This document shows, piece after piece, positions 16,272 to 24,227 of a stretch of 27,291 nucleotides of DNA; position 1 is the first letter of the stretch, and each line of letters begins with the position of its first letter. Below the pieces are notes generated by a model, which saw nothing but the letters and a program-made list of their open reading frames with translations, made no database searches and was not told the DNA's origin. The position numbers were made by a program, and so were the translations under genes. Source of the stretch: a virus (taxonomy: Duplodnaviria > Heunggongvirae > Uroviricota > Caudoviricetes); IMG/VR virus record IMGVR_UViG_3300031994_000051, positions 64,001 through 91,291 of that record; one strand, written 5' to 3'.

Positions 16272-16272
16272 T

Positions 16273-16650
16273 TTAAATCAAGTTTTTTAAAACATACAAA
16301 ATCGCTGCGTCAACGGCTTGTTCTGGTTTATCAAAACTAAGTTTTTCTAATTCTTCAAAGGATTGCATATCCCAAGATTCTTCCGTCATTGTGTATATTG
16401 CAGGATAGAAACAATGTTTATCGTTTATATCAGGTTCAGATGTGATATAAATACTATACAATTCCTTCAGCCATTTGATAGCGATATGTTGTGTTGGGCA
16501 ATCAAGCAGTTTACCATCACAAAAGCCATACATGGTGTAGTCAACAAGCGAACCATTAAAGTATGCTTGTCTGCAAGGTATATCAAACCCTTTCTCTTGC
16601 AAGAGTTGGGCAATTTCAGAATTTACATAGTCCTCGGTAATTTGTTTCAT
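16273..16650 (-). CDS. hypothetical Bacteroidota-phage-type protein (125 aa)
   Basis: Start moved to MKQITEDYV downstream of promoter; motifs EIAQLLQEKGF and PTQHIAIKWL. Confidence 0.85.
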   Translation of the reverse strand: MKQITEDYVNSEIAQLLQEKGFDIPCRQAYFNGSLVDYTMYGFCDGKLLDCPTQHIAIKWLKELYSIYITSEPDINDKHCFYPAIYTMTEESWDMQSFEELEKLSFDKPEQAVDAAILYVLKNLI

Positions 16651-16693
16651 AATTTCTCCTCCATTTTTATTGGTCTGCCTTTTAATTACTGTG

Positions 16694-16724
16694 CAAAGAT
16701 ACGAAAAATATCGATACGTGTCAA
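16694..16724 (-). promoter_or_regulatory. Bacteroidota sigma-A-type promoter
   Basis: TTG-N20-TATCTTTG on - strand. Confidence 0.85.
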
Positions 16725-17401
16725 GTGTTTTTTGAAGATAATGTCGCCAGACCAAGATCGATAGATTCCTCTGCATATTTTTCAAATTCCTTTGTAAGCC
16801 TAAGTTCTGCACAAGTGTCTGAGAACGATCTAAGTATGTATGGCTTGAACATTTCCAAGAAGAACCCTTGTTTGTCTTCGCATGTCGGTGAAACGACAAA
16901 AAATTTCCTTAAACCGCTTAGTCTATTGCCGTATTCTTGTCCTTCAACTTCTATGACAAAATCCCATGGGTTTATATTGTCTTGTAATTTTGCCTTGGCG
17001 CAGTCACCGAAAAGAAGTCTTGCGTTGCTTCTATCGAAGCATATGTCTATTCCGTTCTGGCTGCATGGATCGTACATTATATGATACTTGGACCAATTTT
17101 CATACCAGTCGTCTTCGTCTTTTCTCAAGCTTTCCCGTTTCTTGTATTTCTCCATATCCACGAAAACTGGGATCTCTCCAGAATCTGGTTTAGGTCTGTA
17201 CTCCGATCGAATAACTTCAAGTTTATCATTGGTGACGAGTTCGATTATCTTGGAATATTCCTCATTCAGTAGTTTTCTGCTATCGGAATAAACCTGAGAT
17301 ATTTCCTTCAGTTGTTCTTTTGTTGCCCTTGACTCAAGATTTTTGAATATTGTGTCGGACAACATGTCTTTGAAGTCTAAATACAAATCTGTTAGAATCA
17401 T
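16721..17401 (-). CDS. hypothetical protein (226 aa)
   Basis: Start moved to ATG 17401 (ATGA overlap with upstream gene). Confidence 0.82.
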   Translation of the reverse strand: MILTDLYLDFKDMLSDTIFKNLESRATKEQLKEISQVYSDSRKLLNEEYSKIIELVTNDKLEVIRSEYRPKPDSGEIPVFVDMEKYKKRESLRKDEDDWYENWSKYHIMYDPCSQNGIDICFDRSNARLLFGDCAKAKLQDNINPWDFVIEVEGQEYGNRLSGLRKFFVVSPTCEDKQGFFLEMFKPYILRSFSDTCAELRLTKEFEKYAEESIDLGLATLSSKNT

Positions 17402-17736
17402 GAGTTTGTCAGTTGTGGGATAGGCATCCAATGTGTAACTTCGGCATTGAATCCAACACCATCCACAAACCATTCATCATTTTCTTTTTCGTAGCTTCCA
17501 GTTGAATACAACACCATATCCATTTCTTTAAAAGCAACAAGACAATTAGGTATGTCTTCTATCAACGCTTCCTTATCCTTAACGGAAATCCATTGGTTTC
17601 GCAAGATAAAGTCTGCTACTTTCATTGCAGCATAATATGCTGCATTACTTTCTTTAATTTCGAATACGTCATATTTAGAACTTTCTCTATAAGCCGCTTC
17701 TTCGATCCTTTTCTTGTATATTTGTTGTGCGTTCAT
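17398..17736 (-). CDS. DUF551-domain phage protein (112 aa)
   Basis: C-terminal WISVKD...VTHWMPIP signature. Confidence 0.8.
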   Translation of the reverse strand: MNAQQIYKKRIEEAAYRESSKYDVFEIKESNAAYYAAMKVADFILRNQWISVKDKEALIEDIPNCLVAFKEMDMVLYSTGSYEKENDEWFVDGVGFNAEVTHWMPIPQLTNS

Positions 17737-17749
17737 ATTGTTGCAATTT

Positions 17750-18133
17750 TCAAATCTGTTCGATCGAAACAATGATTTTCGCTGATGGCAAATCATAACT
17801 TGAGTAATCAACCATTGACATGGATCCATCTTTTTTGATCTTTGCTAGTTTCGGGTAAACGTCCTTGTAGTAGTGGTCATTGAAGAATTGAAACCCTTTG
17901 AAGTATCCGTCGATCGATCTTGTCTTGTTGCACTCAATCCACGAAATTCTAACTTTCTTTCCTATTAGCGAAGAGTACTTCTCCATGCTGGAATATTGAT
18001 AGGCGATTTCATCGTATAGAGACTTGATTTCCGATTGTTTGATCGAGACAAGTCTGGTCAGATTGTCGAGTTCTTGTTTCTTTTGATTGATAGATTCCTC
18101 GATCTCCTTGATTCTGGTTTCTTCTTTTTTCAT
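17750..18133 (-). CDS. hypothetical protein with N-terminal coiled coil (127 aa)
   Basis: ORF after promoter; heptad-like N-terminus. Confidence 0.82.
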   Translation of the reverse strand: MKKEETRIKEIEESINQKKQELDNLTRLVSIKQSEIKSLYDEIAYQYSSMEKYSSLIGKKVRISWIECNKTRSIDGYFKGFQFFNDHYYKDVYPKLAKIKKDGSMSMVDYSSYDLPSAKIIVSIEQI

Positions 18134-18181
18134 GATTTTCCTTTCGTTTTATAGCTTAGTTTTCCTTTTTGTTTTACGCTG

Positions 18182-18212
18182 CAAAGATACGAAAAAATAT
18201 GATACGTGTCAA
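18182..18212 (-). promoter_or_regulatory. Bacteroidota sigma-A-type promoter
   Basis: TTG-N20-TATCTTTG on - strand. Confidence 0.85.
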
Positions 18213-18269
18213 GTATTTTGTATATGATTTTTGAATAATACCTTGTGCAGATTTTTTCCTTGACAAGTA

Positions 18270-18617
18270 TTACCCTACTAAATTTGTTTTGAAAATCAAG
18301 TTATATACATGATTGATCAAATCAAAATCATAACTGTGACGATTCAAATAATCGTTTATTGCGCGGCACATTTTCTTTGCTTCTATCGTTTTTAGAAGAT
18401 ATGCTTCACACTCTTCTTTGGTTCCCTTGAACAAGGCATAGCCTCCCCAATCAGAGCATAAGCTATCGGAATCAAACTTGTTGTGTCTGTCGTATTCTGT
18501 CGTGATGTGCTTGCTCCCAGCACTTACTACTGTTGTCTCGACGATTGTGATTTCTTTTATTGACTTATGCCTGTCGTAGATGCAAACGACATCTCCCTTT
18601 TTGATTTTCTCTTCCAT
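18270..18617 (-). CDS. hypothetical protein (115 aa)
   Basis: ORF after promoter. Confidence 0.82.
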   Translation of the reverse strand: MEEKIKKGDVVCIYDRHKSIKEITIVETTVVSAGSKHITTEYDRHNKFDSDSLCSDWGGYALFKGTKEECEAYLLKTIEAKKMCRAINDYLNRHSYDFDLINHVYNLIFKTNLVG

Positions 18618-18641
18618 GATTCAAATATTTTAATTACGTTG

Positions 18642-18672
18642 CAAATATACGGAAAATATCAAAACGTGTCAA
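18642..18672 (-). promoter_or_regulatory. Bacteroidota sigma-A-type promoter
   Basis: TTG-N20-TATATTTG on - strand. Confidence 0.8.
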
Positions 18673-18763
18673 TTATGGTATAATGACATACGATTCAACT
18701 CTAATAATCTCATTGTATTGATTTCATACAGTTTCATCTAATTGATAAACTATATAAAATCAT

Positions 18764-20008
18764 TCAAAGGTTCAGTTTGAACACTTTTGGTGATACAACG
18801 TCACCTCTATCCCGTAAGCACATTAGCTGTGCATCCGAGATTACATTCCCTTTTCTCATCATTCCTATGGAACCGTTTATGTCGGCGTTAAGAATCTTTC
18901 CTGTGGATGAAACGAACAATCCTCTCTTTGTCCTCTTTCCCATGTACTTTTCATGGTGTTTCATATCTTCCAGAACTATATGGTCAACCTTGCTTGTGTA
19001 TGATTCCTCGACCGTTTCAACAACCAAGTCCGTGTATTTCAGAGCCTTGTACTTGATCTGCTCAATCAACGTGTTGAAAGGGATCTGCACGAAGTTCTGG
19101 TTGTTCCTTCTTCCGATGTTCACTTCCTGTTTCCATCCTTTGTTATGGCCTATAATGATCTTCTCCACACCGTTCCTGACACAGAAATCAACCAGTTGTT
19201 TTGACGCACAATGCAGGTAATGGTTTACCTTTGCGTTTCTTTTCTTCGTCAATCTCTGAATCCTCTTGCTTGTGTGTTTGTTGTTGCATTTTTCGAGTTC
19301 AGACTTGTACTCCACGAGTCTCTTGTTATAGAACTGGTTCATGGACTTCAGTGGTCTACCGTTAACGACGTATGAAAAGGGTTTGTCGTTTGAAGTTATA
19401 GCACACAAGTTATTTACACCTAAATCAATTCCTATGCAAGAATTTGAGTCATAGTTGTTCCTTATTACTTCCCTGTCTTCATATATGATGTTTATCTTTA
19501 TTTTGTCATAGTATTTCTGTATTGTGACTTGTCTAACATCTTTCAACTTTATCTGTCTTGGTACGAATATCTTGTAGCCAGAACAAGGTATTGTGAAAGA
19601 GTTTGTTTCTGGATCCTTCTTTCTGAACCTGCTTGAATCGATGTATATGATGTTATATTCCTTTGTCTTGTAAAGATAGTTCGGCATCTTCGGCCTGCCA
19701 TTGAACTTGGAAGGATTTTGTTTATATGATTGTGTCGCCTTGATCCATGACAGCCAGTTCTTTGCAACCTGTCTTACGACATATTGCTTGATGTTTATGT
19801 CAAGCTTTGATTCGGCAACCTTGCTTTCTGTCTTGACCTTCTCCCAGAGCTGGTTGTATGAATAAGTCTTTATCTTCCCTTGTTCCTTTGTCTCGAAATA
19901 CGCCTGCCTCTGGAAGTACAGGGCCTGATCATATATGGAAAGCGAATCAGACATCATACCAAGAAGCCTGATGTCGTTCCTTACCACTATGTTCCAAGAC
20001 CTGAGCAT
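18764..20008 (-). CDS. tnpB: RNA-guided endonuclease TnpB (IS200/IS605/IS607 family), no TnpA in window (414 aa)
   Basis: RuvC-I GIDLGVNNL; IIIGHNKGWKQ at the RuvC-II position; VEESYTSK; RuvC-III NADINGS. Confidence 0.93.
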   Translation of the reverse strand: MLRSWNIVVRNDIRLLGMMSDSLSIYDQALYFQRQAYFETKEQGKIKTYSYNQLWEKVKTESKVAESKLDINIKQYVVRQVAKNWLSWIKATQSYKQNPSKFNGRPKMPNYLYKTKEYNIIYIDSSRFRKKDPETNSFTIPCSGYKIFVPRQIKLKDVRQVTIQKYYDKIKINIIYEDREVIRNNYDSNSCIGIDLGVNNLCAITSNDKPFSYVVNGRPLKSMNQFYNKRLVEYKSELEKCNNKHTSKRIQRLTKKRNAKVNHYLHCASKQLVDFCVRNGVEKIIIGHNKGWKQEVNIGRRNNQNFVQIPFNTLIEQIKYKALKYTDLVVETVEESYTSKVDHIVLEDMKHHEKYMGKRTKRGLFVSSTGKILNADINGSIGMMRKGNVISDAQLMCLRDRGDVVSPKVFKLNL

Positions 20009-20045
20009 ACCGAATAATTATTCTTACAATGTATTTATCTACGGA

Positions 20046-20345
20046 TTATTTATCTGTTAGTTTAGAGAGAATTTTTATATGGTTTATTATGTTACTTACA
20101 TTCTCACCAACACCGAACACCTTAGCAATATAGTCACTTAGTTCTGAGAAGAATCTTTCTTTGCGGTTTTCGATTGCCATCCTGTTTTCTTCTATACTTT
20201 TACCTTCTTTATAAGACTGTTCATATGGCAGTCTTATGTCAGAAAGTTTCTCAAGTTTACTCAATTTTGTCTGGAATGTAAATTTATTGAATGTAGTAAA
20301 TCTATCAATAAATCTATATTGTTTTCCGTATATTCTAATATTCAT
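20046..20345 (-). CDS. hypothetical protein (99 aa)
   Basis: AT-rich, GATC-free ORF in operon context. Confidence 0.75.
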   Translation of the reverse strand: MNIRIYGKQYRFIDRFTTFNKFTFQTKLSKLEKLSDIRLPYEQSYKEGKSIEENRMAIENRKERFFSELSDYIAKVFGVGENVSNIINHIKILSKLTDK

Positions 20346-20368
20346 GTTGTATAAGTTTTAGTTGATTT

Positions 20369-20848
20369 TTAAAACGTGTCAAGGTATTTCTGTAGCAATT
20401 TCCTTCTTTTCTCTGTCTTCGACTCTGGGGTTTCTGGAACGATATACATCATCCTTGCGGCGATCTCCCCTTTCCCGTCCTCGTAGTATCTGATCCCTTC
20501 AGGTATGATACACATGACCACCCTAGCATATGCTGGGCCGATCGATTTTTTCACTGATTGGTCTCTCGCGATTTCGTTCCATACTCGCATTGTGTCTTCG
20601 GAAGGCTTTTCCGTGAAAGCATGGATGAACCCCCTTCCTACATATAGAGTTCCGTGCCTGAAAGAAAGTTCCGTTTCCCCAAGTCCGATCAGTGGAACAT
20701 CCCCGCTAAGTTGGATTGGCCTGACACGATCTTTTATCACTGGTGTGTAGTGGAACCCAGCACTGTTCACGAACAGAATTTTCCACACTATTCTTTCACC
20801 CTTTGTGTATCTCGGCTCGGTAAAGCTACCTGTTGCGTATAAGCACAT
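20369..20848 (-). CDS. hypothetical phage protein (159 aa)
   Basis: Start moved to MCLYATG; GFIHAF and CIIPEGIRYY motifs. Confidence 0.82.
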   Translation of the reverse strand: MCLYATGSFTEPRYTKGERIVWKILFVNSAGFHYTPVIKDRVRPIQLSGDVPLIGLGETELSFRHGTLYVGRGFIHAFTEKPSEDTMRVWNEIARDQSVKKSIGPAYARVVMCIIPEGIRYYEDGKGEIAARMMYIVPETPESKTEKRRKLLQKYLDTF

Positions 20849-20883
20849 TTTATTTCTTGTTTTTGTTGTTCGATTTAATCCTT

Positions 20884-21183
20884 CTAACAAATATACTCTC
20901 CAGCATGGTTTCCTGACTTGAACACATGTGTCTGTGAAAGTTCCCTTGCAATTCCCTGTGCAACCCTATAGTCAACGATCGAGGGACAAAGCATGATATT
21001 GCTATGTTCTTTTATATACGTTTCGGCATCATTGTATGTGTCAAAACATAAGGCACGATCGATGTCATAAGTGAACTTCCTGTCTTGATAATCTGATCTG
21101 AAACAGACACTGCCACTTGGACAATGACAATCTATAATGAGATATTTCTTGTAAACTCTTTCTTGATCAAAAAAATTCTTCAT
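20884..21183 (-). CDS. hypothetical protein (99 aa)
   Basis: Start moved to ATG 21183 downstream of promoter. Confidence 0.8.
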   Translation of the reverse strand: MKNFFDQERVYKKYLIIDCHCPSGSVCFRSDYQDRKFTYDIDRALCFDTYNDAETYIKEHSNIMLCPSIVDYRVAQGIARELSQTHVFKSGNHAGEYIC

Positions 21184-21208
21184 TTCTATTTGTTTTTGAA
21201 ATTCGCTG

Positions 21209-21239
21209 CAAAGATACGGAAAATTTCTGGAATGTGCAA
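21209..21239 (-). promoter_or_regulatory. Bacteroidota sigma-A-type promoter
   Basis: TTG-N20-TATCTTTG on - strand. Confidence 0.85.
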
Positions 21240-21274
21240 GAAAAATCCGAATTATTTTTCTTTGTCTGGATAAA

Positions 21275-21314
21275 CAAAAAAACCGATCGATCCTTTTGTG
21301 AACGGATCGATCGG
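21275..21314 (-). terminator. intrinsic terminator of the tRNA transcript
   Basis: 11-bp stem CCGATCGATCC/GGATCGATCGG then T7 on - strand. Confidence 0.85.
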
Positions 21315-21354
21315 AAAACAAAACTAACCTATGGAATAAAACCCCTTGATTATG

Positions 21355-21425
21355 AGCGACTTATGAGACTCGAACTCACCTTTTCAGAGTGGAAATCTGA
21401 TGTCCTGCCACTGGACGAAAGTCGC
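21355..21425 (-). tRNA. tRNA-Gly (anticodon TCC), CCA not encoded
   Basis: Full cloverleaf: acceptor GCGACTT/AAGTCGC, D GTCC/GGAC, anticodon TCAGA-TTTCCAC-TCTGA, T arm GTGAG-TTCGAGT-CTCAT; Gly identity G1-C2-G3 and U73. Confidence 0.93.
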
Positions 21426-21429
21426 GTCT

Positions 21430-21525
21430 TTGTCAAACCAGCGGATCCGCTGCGGCGTGCCAGCCGTGGAAGGAGGTGTGCGGAACGGCTGGCGGGCCGA
21501 TTGCGTCTTCACCGCTGCTTGACAA
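21430..21525 (-). ncRNA. candidate ~96-nt hairpin RNA co-transcribed upstream of tRNA-Gly
   Basis: Ends pair (TTGTCAA/TTGACAA plus CAGCGG/CCGCTG); perfect inner 9-bp stem GCCAGCCGT/ACGGCTGGC with a 17-nt C-rich loop. Confidence 0.6.
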
Positions 21526-21527
21526 TG

Positions 21528-21558
21528 CAAATATACGGAAACTATCCGAAACTGGAAA
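21528..21558 (-). promoter_or_regulatory. variant promoter (TTTCCAG-N10-TTTCCGTATATTTG) driving hairpin RNA and tRNA
   Basis: TATATTTG at 21528-21535; same layout as 15734-15764. Confidence 0.78.
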
Positions 21559-21608
21559 GAGTTTTTGGAAAAATTTTTCTTGATGATGATAATTGTTTTG
21601 TGTTAGAA

Positions 21609-21623
21609 GATCCCAGTGGGATC
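21609..21623. repeat. 15-bp palindrome GATCCCAGTGGGATC
   Basis: Exact copy ~50 nt upstream of the - strand tRNA promoter. Confidence 0.95.
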
Positions 21624-21671
21624 TTTTTGTCACGCCACGCTATGAATATATTTTGTTTTGTGTTGGCTGAA

Positions 21672-21705
21672 ATAGAAAAGGGATCGATCAAAAATGATCG
21701 ATCCC
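21672..21705 (-). terminator. intrinsic terminator
   Basis: GGGATCGATCA/TGATCGATCCC stem, TTTTCT on - strand. Confidence 0.8.
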
Positions 21706-21728
21706 CCATTGTTTGTTAATTATGAATT

Positions 21729-21968
21729 TTATTCTTTGGATGTTTTTGAACTTGACTTAAACAGACATGTTCCTATGATATCCAGAACAAACATTATTCC
21801 TAATGCCTTCCATGTTGTTAGGACAGGTGCAGATGACCAGAAGATCGGTGCGATCCAGTTCCAGAGAAGAGATGCAACCCATCCTTCCAGTATTAGTAGT
21901 CCAGCGATAAGAGCGATTACAACGATGCATCCGATTGCAGACCAGTCGCGTCTAAATAATTCATTCAT
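21729..21968 (-). CDS. small membrane protein (79 aa)
   Basis: Two hydrophobic segments. Confidence 0.8.
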   Translation of the reverse strand: MNELFRRDWSAIGCIVVIALIAGLLILEGWVASLLWNWIAPIFWSSAPVLTTWKALGIMFVLDIIGTCLFKSSSKTSKE

Positions 21969-22201
21969 TTTTGTTTATTTTTATTGTTTATGATTAGGTT
22001 TATTCCATATGTTATAAAACCGATTGCCAACAGATATGGCAAAGGTTTCAATGGATCGATCTGTTTTATGTCTTGGCTAAACAAATATAATGTTGTTTGT
22101 AATAACACGATACATCCATTAGTTATCAGACATACCATGATTACAGCGAACAGATCTAGCGCATATTCTATCCATGATTTCTTAGTTTCTTTTCCACCCA
22201 T
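21965..22201 (-). CDS. small membrane protein (78 aa)
   Basis: Two hydrophobic segments; ATGA overlap. Confidence 0.75.
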   Translation of the reverse strand: MGGKETKKSWIEYALDLFAVIMVCLITNGCIVLLQTTLYLFSQDIKQIDPLKPLPYLLAIGFITYGINLIINNKNKQK

Positions 22202-22640
22202 CTCTCTGTTCCTCCTGTTTTGGCTGTTGAATTGATTTGATATTCTTGAAATGTTCTGCGTTAATCTGATTGATCTTAATCTTCAGGAACTCATCCCATG
22301 CCGTTTCTGGTTGTGGATCGATCGAAAGCAGTCTGCCTCTCCCAGTCTTCACGAGCCAGACAATCATCTCAACAAGGTTCTGCATAGGATCTGGTCCGTT
22401 GAATATAGGGCTGACGCCTTTGTACCATATCCTGTCGCCAGCGAATTGGGATGGCCTGTTGAAGTTGTCTGGTATTGAGTCTGGAAGCATTTTGGATAAC
22501 GCGAGTCCAGACCATGCTATACCGAATGAGTTCTCCGTGTCCGCAGATGAAGCTGGTATGTTCCATTCCTGCAGCATGCGTGCCTGTCTAGGTGTCGTGC
22601 GCATAGCTTTCAGCTTGTTTTCTGTCGTTTGGTCTGCCAT
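22182..22640 (-). CDS. hypothetical protein (152 aa)
   Basis: First ORF after promoter. Confidence 0.8.
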   Translation of the reverse strand: MADQTTENKLKAMRTTPRQARMLQEWNIPASSADTENSFGIAWSGLALSKMLPDSIPDNFNRPSQFAGDRIWYKGVSPIFNGPDPMQNLVEMIVWLVKTGRGRLLSIDPQPETAWDEFLKIKINQINAEHFKNIKSIQQPKQEEQRDGWKRN

Positions 22641-22665
22641 TTTATGTTGTTTTTGAATTTCGCGG

Positions 22666-22696
22666 CAAAGATACGTAAACTTTTTGGATTATGCAA
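22666..22696 (-). promoter_or_regulatory. Bacteroidota sigma-A-type promoter
   Basis: TTG-N20-TATCTTTG on - strand. Confidence 0.82.
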
Positions 22697-22945
22697 GTAA
22701 AATCAGAAAAATGTTTCCATAGTGATTTATCTGTGGATTATTTTCTGAAAGAAGCCGAAAACGTGGCCGTACAGACGTTTTTATGTTCTGGACGATTAAT
22801 GTATCTGGTTTTTTACGGAAAACATCTCTATGGTCACGTTTTGTGTTTTGATGGATTGAATACTCCTGAAATTTTTCGGGGGACGATCCTCACCAGCTTC
22901 CTTGGATTGTCGGATCGCCCCCTTCCGTCTGCACAACGGTATGGC

Positions 22946-23089
22946 TTATCGTTTGTATCGATCGATCCTGTGGAGTTTCCTTCTGATTTTGATGTCTTCG
23001 TTTCTGCGAGACAGTGCATTCATCCTTTCCTTAGTTGCTGTGAACATCATCGGATAAAGTGAGCAGTAGTCATTATTAATTTCATTCAT
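22946..23089 (-). CDS. small basic hypothetical protein (47 aa, MNEINNDYCSLYPMMF...)
   Basis: Translated by hand; starts 17 nt after upstream stop. Confidence 0.45.
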   Translation of the reverse strand: MNEINNDYCSLYPMMFTATKERMNALSRRNEDIKIRRKLHRIDRYKR

Positions 23090-23106
23090 GTCTTGATGTT
23101 TTATTG

Positions 23107-23496
23107 TTAAACATAGCATTCGATCATCTTGTTTAGTTCGTCTGACATGCCAAGGATTCTTTCCAAGTGTGTCTTGATCATGTTTGATCGTTCCAATCTT
23201 TTATTTTCTGGATCGACGGACAAAATGTATGAATCAGAATCATTCCATTCTATTCTGTCAATCAGATCATCGAAATCTTTTCTTCTTTCTGATGGGAACA
23301 TCACTCCATATGTGATTATTTTATCTAGGGTGATTTCAGTATCAGGTTTTGCCCTACAGTAAGAGAGTAAGACGTCTTTGTCTTGTGCCATTTCTAGGAC
23401 GGCTTTAACCGTGTTAACGAAATATGGTTGGAACCAGTAGACGTCGTATTGGCCTTTGTCGAACGGCTCTGGAATGATATTGTTATCTTCGTTCAT
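23107..23496 (-). CDS. hypothetical protein (129 aa)
   Basis: Operon packing. Confidence 0.82.
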   Translation of the reverse strand: MNEDNNIIPEPFDKGQYDVYWFQPYFVNTVKAVLEMAQDKDVLLSYCRAKPDTEITLDKIITYGVMFPSERRKDFDDLIDRIEWNDSDSYILSVDPENKRLERSNMIKTHLERILGMSDELNKMIECYV

Positions 23497-23513
23497 TTAA
23501 TGTTCATTTAATT

Positions 23514-23768
23514 TTATTTTTCCACGAATTTGTCTATGTTGTCTAGAGTAAGTTCCTTGTTGTCGTTGATGAAATATTCGACAGCATCTCTTGAAATCTT
23601 TTGAAACTGTTCCCAGTTAAGCCATTCAAGTTTGAATGTTGGCCACCCTTGTTGTTCATATCTCATCAAACCAATGTCATCGATAGGTTTCCACGTAGTC
23701 TCGTTAAGGTAGGCGAGACAAAGATACCAAAGGTGATCTGAAACAATTTTGTCGTTAATAGCTTTCAT
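23514..23768 (-). CDS. hypothetical protein (84 aa)
   Basis: Start moved to ATG 23768. Confidence 0.8.
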   Translation of the reverse strand: MKAINDKIVSDHLWYLCLAYLNETTWKPIDDIGLMRYEQQGWPTFKLEWLNWEQFQKISRDAVEYFINDNKELTLDNIDKFVEK

Positions 23769-23770
23769 TT

Positions 23771-23911
23771 TTACCAACCTTGATTAATTTGTGATATTGA
23801 TTCTAATCTATCTTTTATTCGTTTGATCATGTCGATCATTTCCTATTCTGTGTGAACCGACTCAAGGAAAACATTGAGTTCATCGACGATCCATTTTATT
23901 CTTGTTTGCAT
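23771..23911 (-). pseudogene. 46-codon ORF interrupted by an in-frame TAG at codon 23 (pseudogene or readthrough)
   Basis: MQTRIKWIVDELNVFLESVHTE*EMIDMIKRIKDRLESISQINQGW; fills the gap between neighbours. Confidence 0.45.
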
Positions 23912-24075
23912 CTTTTCTTATCCAAGTTTATGTTCCAGTAAAGGTCTGCCTGCAAAAGCTTTTGCCCTATTCTCAATAGAACGTCTGCTGCATTTTTCTG
24001 TGGTACTCCGTTTTCTATCAGGATTTTCTCTGCTTCGATAACGGACTCATCTTTAATGTTTGCGAAAATAGCCAT
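23896..24075 (-). CDS. hypothetical protein (59 aa)
   Basis: Start moved to ATG 24075 downstream of promoter. Confidence 0.75.
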   Translation of the reverse strand: MAIFANIKDESVIEAEKILIENGVPQKNAADVLLRIGQKLLQADLYWNINLDKKRCKQE

Positions 24076-24099
24076 ATATGATAGTTTGTTTTTTCGATG

Positions 24100-24130
24100 C
24101 AAAGATACGGAAAAGTTTTTGATTGTACAA
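24100..24130 (-). promoter_or_regulatory. Bacteroidota sigma-A-type promoter
   Basis: TTG-N20-TATCTTTG on - strand. Confidence 0.85.
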
Positions 24131-24139
24131 GAAAAATCT

Positions 24140-24199
24140 TTATTTTTTCGTTTCTGCTGCCATAGTCTCTACGATTCTGTATTTCTTTGATAAGTCCAT
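24140..24199 (-). CDS. micro-ORF (19 aa, MDLSKKYRIVETMAAETKK)
   Basis: Small ORF with a typical leader between two promoters. Confidence 0.45.
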   Translation of the reverse strand: MDLSKKYRIVETMAAETKK

Positions 24200-24227
24200 A
24201 GTTTATATGTTTTGATGTTTAACGCTG

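Noticed and set aside
18764-20345. Complete IS200/IS605 or IS607 element with ORF 20046-20345 as TnpA
   Set aside because: That ORF has no HUH/Y1 or serine-recombinase motifs and I could not define element ends.
21430-21525. Assignment as SRP (4.5S) RNA or a second tRNA
   Set aside because: Similar size, but no SRP domain IV consensus (CAGG...GGAA...AGCAG) and no T-loop or cloverleaf.
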